Shown here one piece after another: positions 61,436 to 64,000 of a DNA stretch of 64,000 nt (the stretch's first letter is position 1; each line of letters opens with the position of its first letter). Position numbers and translations under genes: made by a program. Under the pieces are notes generated by a model, which saw only the letters and a list, made by a program, of their open reading frames with translations, was not told the DNA's origin and did not search any database. Origin of the DNA: Amphiscolops sp. MND2022 (lineage: Eukaryota); the NCBI GenBank assembly GCA_964187785.1, contig OZ076417.1:34224001-34288000 (forward strand), read 5' to 3'.

Positions 61436-61758
61436 TCCTTTCCCCATGCTGTCAAGACAGAAAATTCCACTAAATTCGATGAAATACACAATATTCACGA
61501 TTTTGGTATTCCAGCACAAGTTGATCCAATGGTCAACTTTCAGGATGAAAATGACAAAGTTAAAATTGGCGCTAAAGGTCAAAAACGGTCCCATTCGCAC
61601 CCCCAGGCTTGTCCCTTGCAAACTGGATTACAGAAAAAGCAAAAATACAAAAAAATGTAAATTTTCACCGATCACGAAAAATGGACCTATGGTCAACATT
61701 CCCATGGGGGGGGGGGTTTGGTTTTTTGAAGCGATCCGACCGCGTTCGCTGACACTAG
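61436..61758 (+). mobile_element. Candidate non-autonomous Helitron (A|TC ... hairpin-CTAG|T) inside the BEL element; second copy at 63282-63601
   Basis: Non-BEL sequence ends AGCGA...TCGCT-GACACTAG|T, after which BEL-like coding resumes. The 5' TC at 61436 is only a candidate. Confidence 0.45.
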
Positions 61759-63087
61759 TATTGAAAAAGAAACTGTCAAAGTTGACTACATGCTCCCTAT
61801 AGAAAGATGGGGAACCTTCGCGAAAGCTATCAGAATTACAAAATTGGTGATAAAGTTCATCCACAAGATTCGTAAACAAGTAATAGATGTAGAAAACAGT
61901 AAAATACCTTTGAATCACCTAATCAGGCAAGTGCAACACAGTTGTTATAGCCAAGAAATCAAAGATCTCGAAAATAAGCTGTCAGTTGCAACGGAATCAA
62001 AATCAGTTCATTAGTTCAATTATATCCTTTCTTAGATGAAAACAAACTTCTGAAGGTTGGCGGAAGGTTATTAGCAGCTGATTGTCCCGCTCAAGAAGAA
62101 GCAAAATTTCCAGTCATAATACCAGGACAAAGTTATTTAGTCACTCATCGTACTTGATAATCAACACAAATTGGCACATTGTGGAACGAATGCAATAATA
62201 GCTAACAAAGACACTTCTTTTGGATCACGAAAGTAAGAGCATTAGCATGAAAAACCGTAGCGACTTTATCAAATGCAACAGATTTAATAGCAGGAATTTG
62301 CAGCAGTTAATGGGCGATTTCTCAAGGAAAGCGGTAATCCATCGCCTCCATTTTCTCTTGTTGGTATAGACTTTGCAGACTATGGATATTACCATTCTTG
62401 TATGAACAAAGCATGACACGATCGAAATGTTATATTCTAGTTTTCGTTTGCTTCACAACTAAAGCTGTACACTTACACATAGCAAAATCATTAGACACAC
62501 AGGAGTGCATGAAAGCAATAAGATTTATAGCTCGAAGGGGTTGCCCTAGAAAGTTTTTCTCTGATAACGGAACAAATTTCATTGGATCCCTTGGTGAGCT
62601 AATTAAACTCTAAAAGCTAGTCAGAGAACGCTACAAATGTGACACTCTACCTCAATCAGTCTGGATTTGGGCATCAATTGGGCCACAGTTCCTGCAAAAG
62701 CTCCACCTTCGGCGGACTATGGGAAGCAGCTATCAAATCAATGAAATTACTCTTCCAAAAGATTGTCGGTAAAGCTGCTCGATTGCAATTAGATGAAATG
62801 TATACCATTACGTGTCATATTGAAGCCACCATGAACTCCAGACCAATTACTTTCAATCCTAATAATAGATAATTGCCCCGTTGCCCTGTAACACCTTCAA
62901 TGTTATTGACTGGATTCGAGCGCGATTATCTTCCAATTGTTGCTGATGTGCAAGATATGGAACCCGATGAACAATGCCCCATCAAATGATTCAACTATCT
63001 GCAGTCGATGATTCATCAATTTTGGAAATGATGGTCGAAGGAATATCTGACAGAATTGCAAGTACGACGAAAGAACAACAAAGAATA

Positions 63088-64000
63088 GGAAAACCTATTC
63101 GCTAATGGGCAAGTAATTCGAAACAAGTTATGAAAGAAATTCCAGTTGAACTACACGAAAACAAAGATTTTTTACTTCTCAAAGATGACCATAGCATCAC
63201 GACTCTTGGTCTCAATTGAACACCTCAAACGGACACTCTTTTTTCGTGCATTCAAAAAAAACCGATTTTGAGCACTCCAAATCCTTTCCCCATGCTGTCA
63301 AGACAGAAAATTCCACTAAATTCGATGAAATACACAATATTCACGATTTTGGTATTCCAGCACAAGTTGATCCAATAGTCAACTTTCAGGATGAAAATGA
63401 CAAAGTTAAAATTGGCGCTAAAGGTCAAAAATGGTCCCATTCGCACCCCCAGGCGTGTCCCTTGCAAACTGGATTACAGAAAAAGCAAAAATACAAAAAA
63501 TGTAAATTTTCACCGATCACGAAAAATGGACCTATGGTCAACATTCCCATGGGGGGGGGTTTGGTTTTTTGAAGCGATCCGACCGCGTTCGCTGACACTA
63601 GTATTGAAAAAGAAACTGTCAAAGTTGACTACATGCTCCCTATAGAAAGATGGGGAACCTTCGCGAAAGCTATCAGAATTACAAAATTGGTGATAAAGTT
63701 CATCCACAAGATTCGTAAACAAGTAATAGATGTAGAAAACAGTAAAATACCTTTGAATCACCTAATCAGGCAAGTGCAACACAGTTGTTATAGCCAAGAA
63801 ATCAAAGATCTCGAAATTAAGCTGTCAGTTGTAACGGAATCAAATTTAGTTCATTAGTTCAATTATATCCTTTCTTAGATGAAAACAAACTTCTGAAGGT
63901 TGGCGGAAGGTTATTAGCAGCTGATTGTCCCTCTCAAGAAGAAGCAAAGTTTCCAGTCATAATACCAGGACAAAGTTATTTAGTCACTCATCGTACTTGA
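63088..64000 (+). repeat. Direct duplication of 61242 to ~62157 (period ~1.845 kb), running off the window
   Basis: Near-identical sequence restarts at GGAAAACCTATTCGC; the duplicated ORFs at 61790 and 63633 are 1843 bp apart. Confidence 0.93.

Larger units (their letters stand above)
58515..64000 (+). mobile_element. Second BEL/Pao LTR retrotransposon, decayed, with internal duplication
   Basis: Gag LSKVQKLIYLKRCLT...LTDRY; Zn knuckles CFNCL...CKTCHSKHHSFLH; RT KPHH...SVFNAS...SLND...DVTKMYRQ...FYVDD; integrase GIDFA, FSDNGTNF, FGGLWEAAIKS. Confidence 0.9.

Noticed and set aside
1285-64000. The many 60-140 aa ORFs antisense or out of frame to the called genes and repeats
   Set aside because: Shadow ORFs, often with GTG/TTG starts not used by nuclear genes, or arising from palindromes and duplications; none has independent motif support.

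Overview
Eukaryotic (animal-like) genomic DNA: AT-rich, with GT-AG introns, and dominated by nested, partly decayed mobile elements. The GTG/TTG starts in the ORF track do not apply to nuclear genes. (1) 1-24579: right part of a Polinton/Maverick (adintovirus-like) element with a PHD mini-gene, rve integrase, penton fragment, major capsid protein, adenain-type protease and a zinc-finger/pPolB gene, ending in ...TACTACT. (2) About 1777-16840, between the Polinton integrase and penton genes: a ~15 kb minus-strand Helitron-like rolling-circle element. Its ~2,400-aa Rep-PIF1 protein is predicted to splice in frame onto a C-terminal GIY-YIG nuclease that the ORF track misses. A spliced SGNH hydrolase gene and a 330-aa Cys-cluster gene lie in the same interval. 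This is the best candidate for an undescribed system. (3) 24580-27350: decayed BEL/Pao retrotransposon. (4) 27956-33932: intact three-exon DNAL4-like dynein light chain gene with MITEs and a foldback in its 5-kb intron. (5) 38682-54205: 31-copy ~520-bp satellite with a ~437-bp variant, apparently amplified from inside a degenerate spliced gene. (6) 54.6-64 kb: HINE-like elements with a tRNA-like core, a foldback, an F-box gene and a second decayed BEL/Pao element with an internal ~1.85-kb duplication. All identifications come from motif recognition and manual translation; no database search was run.
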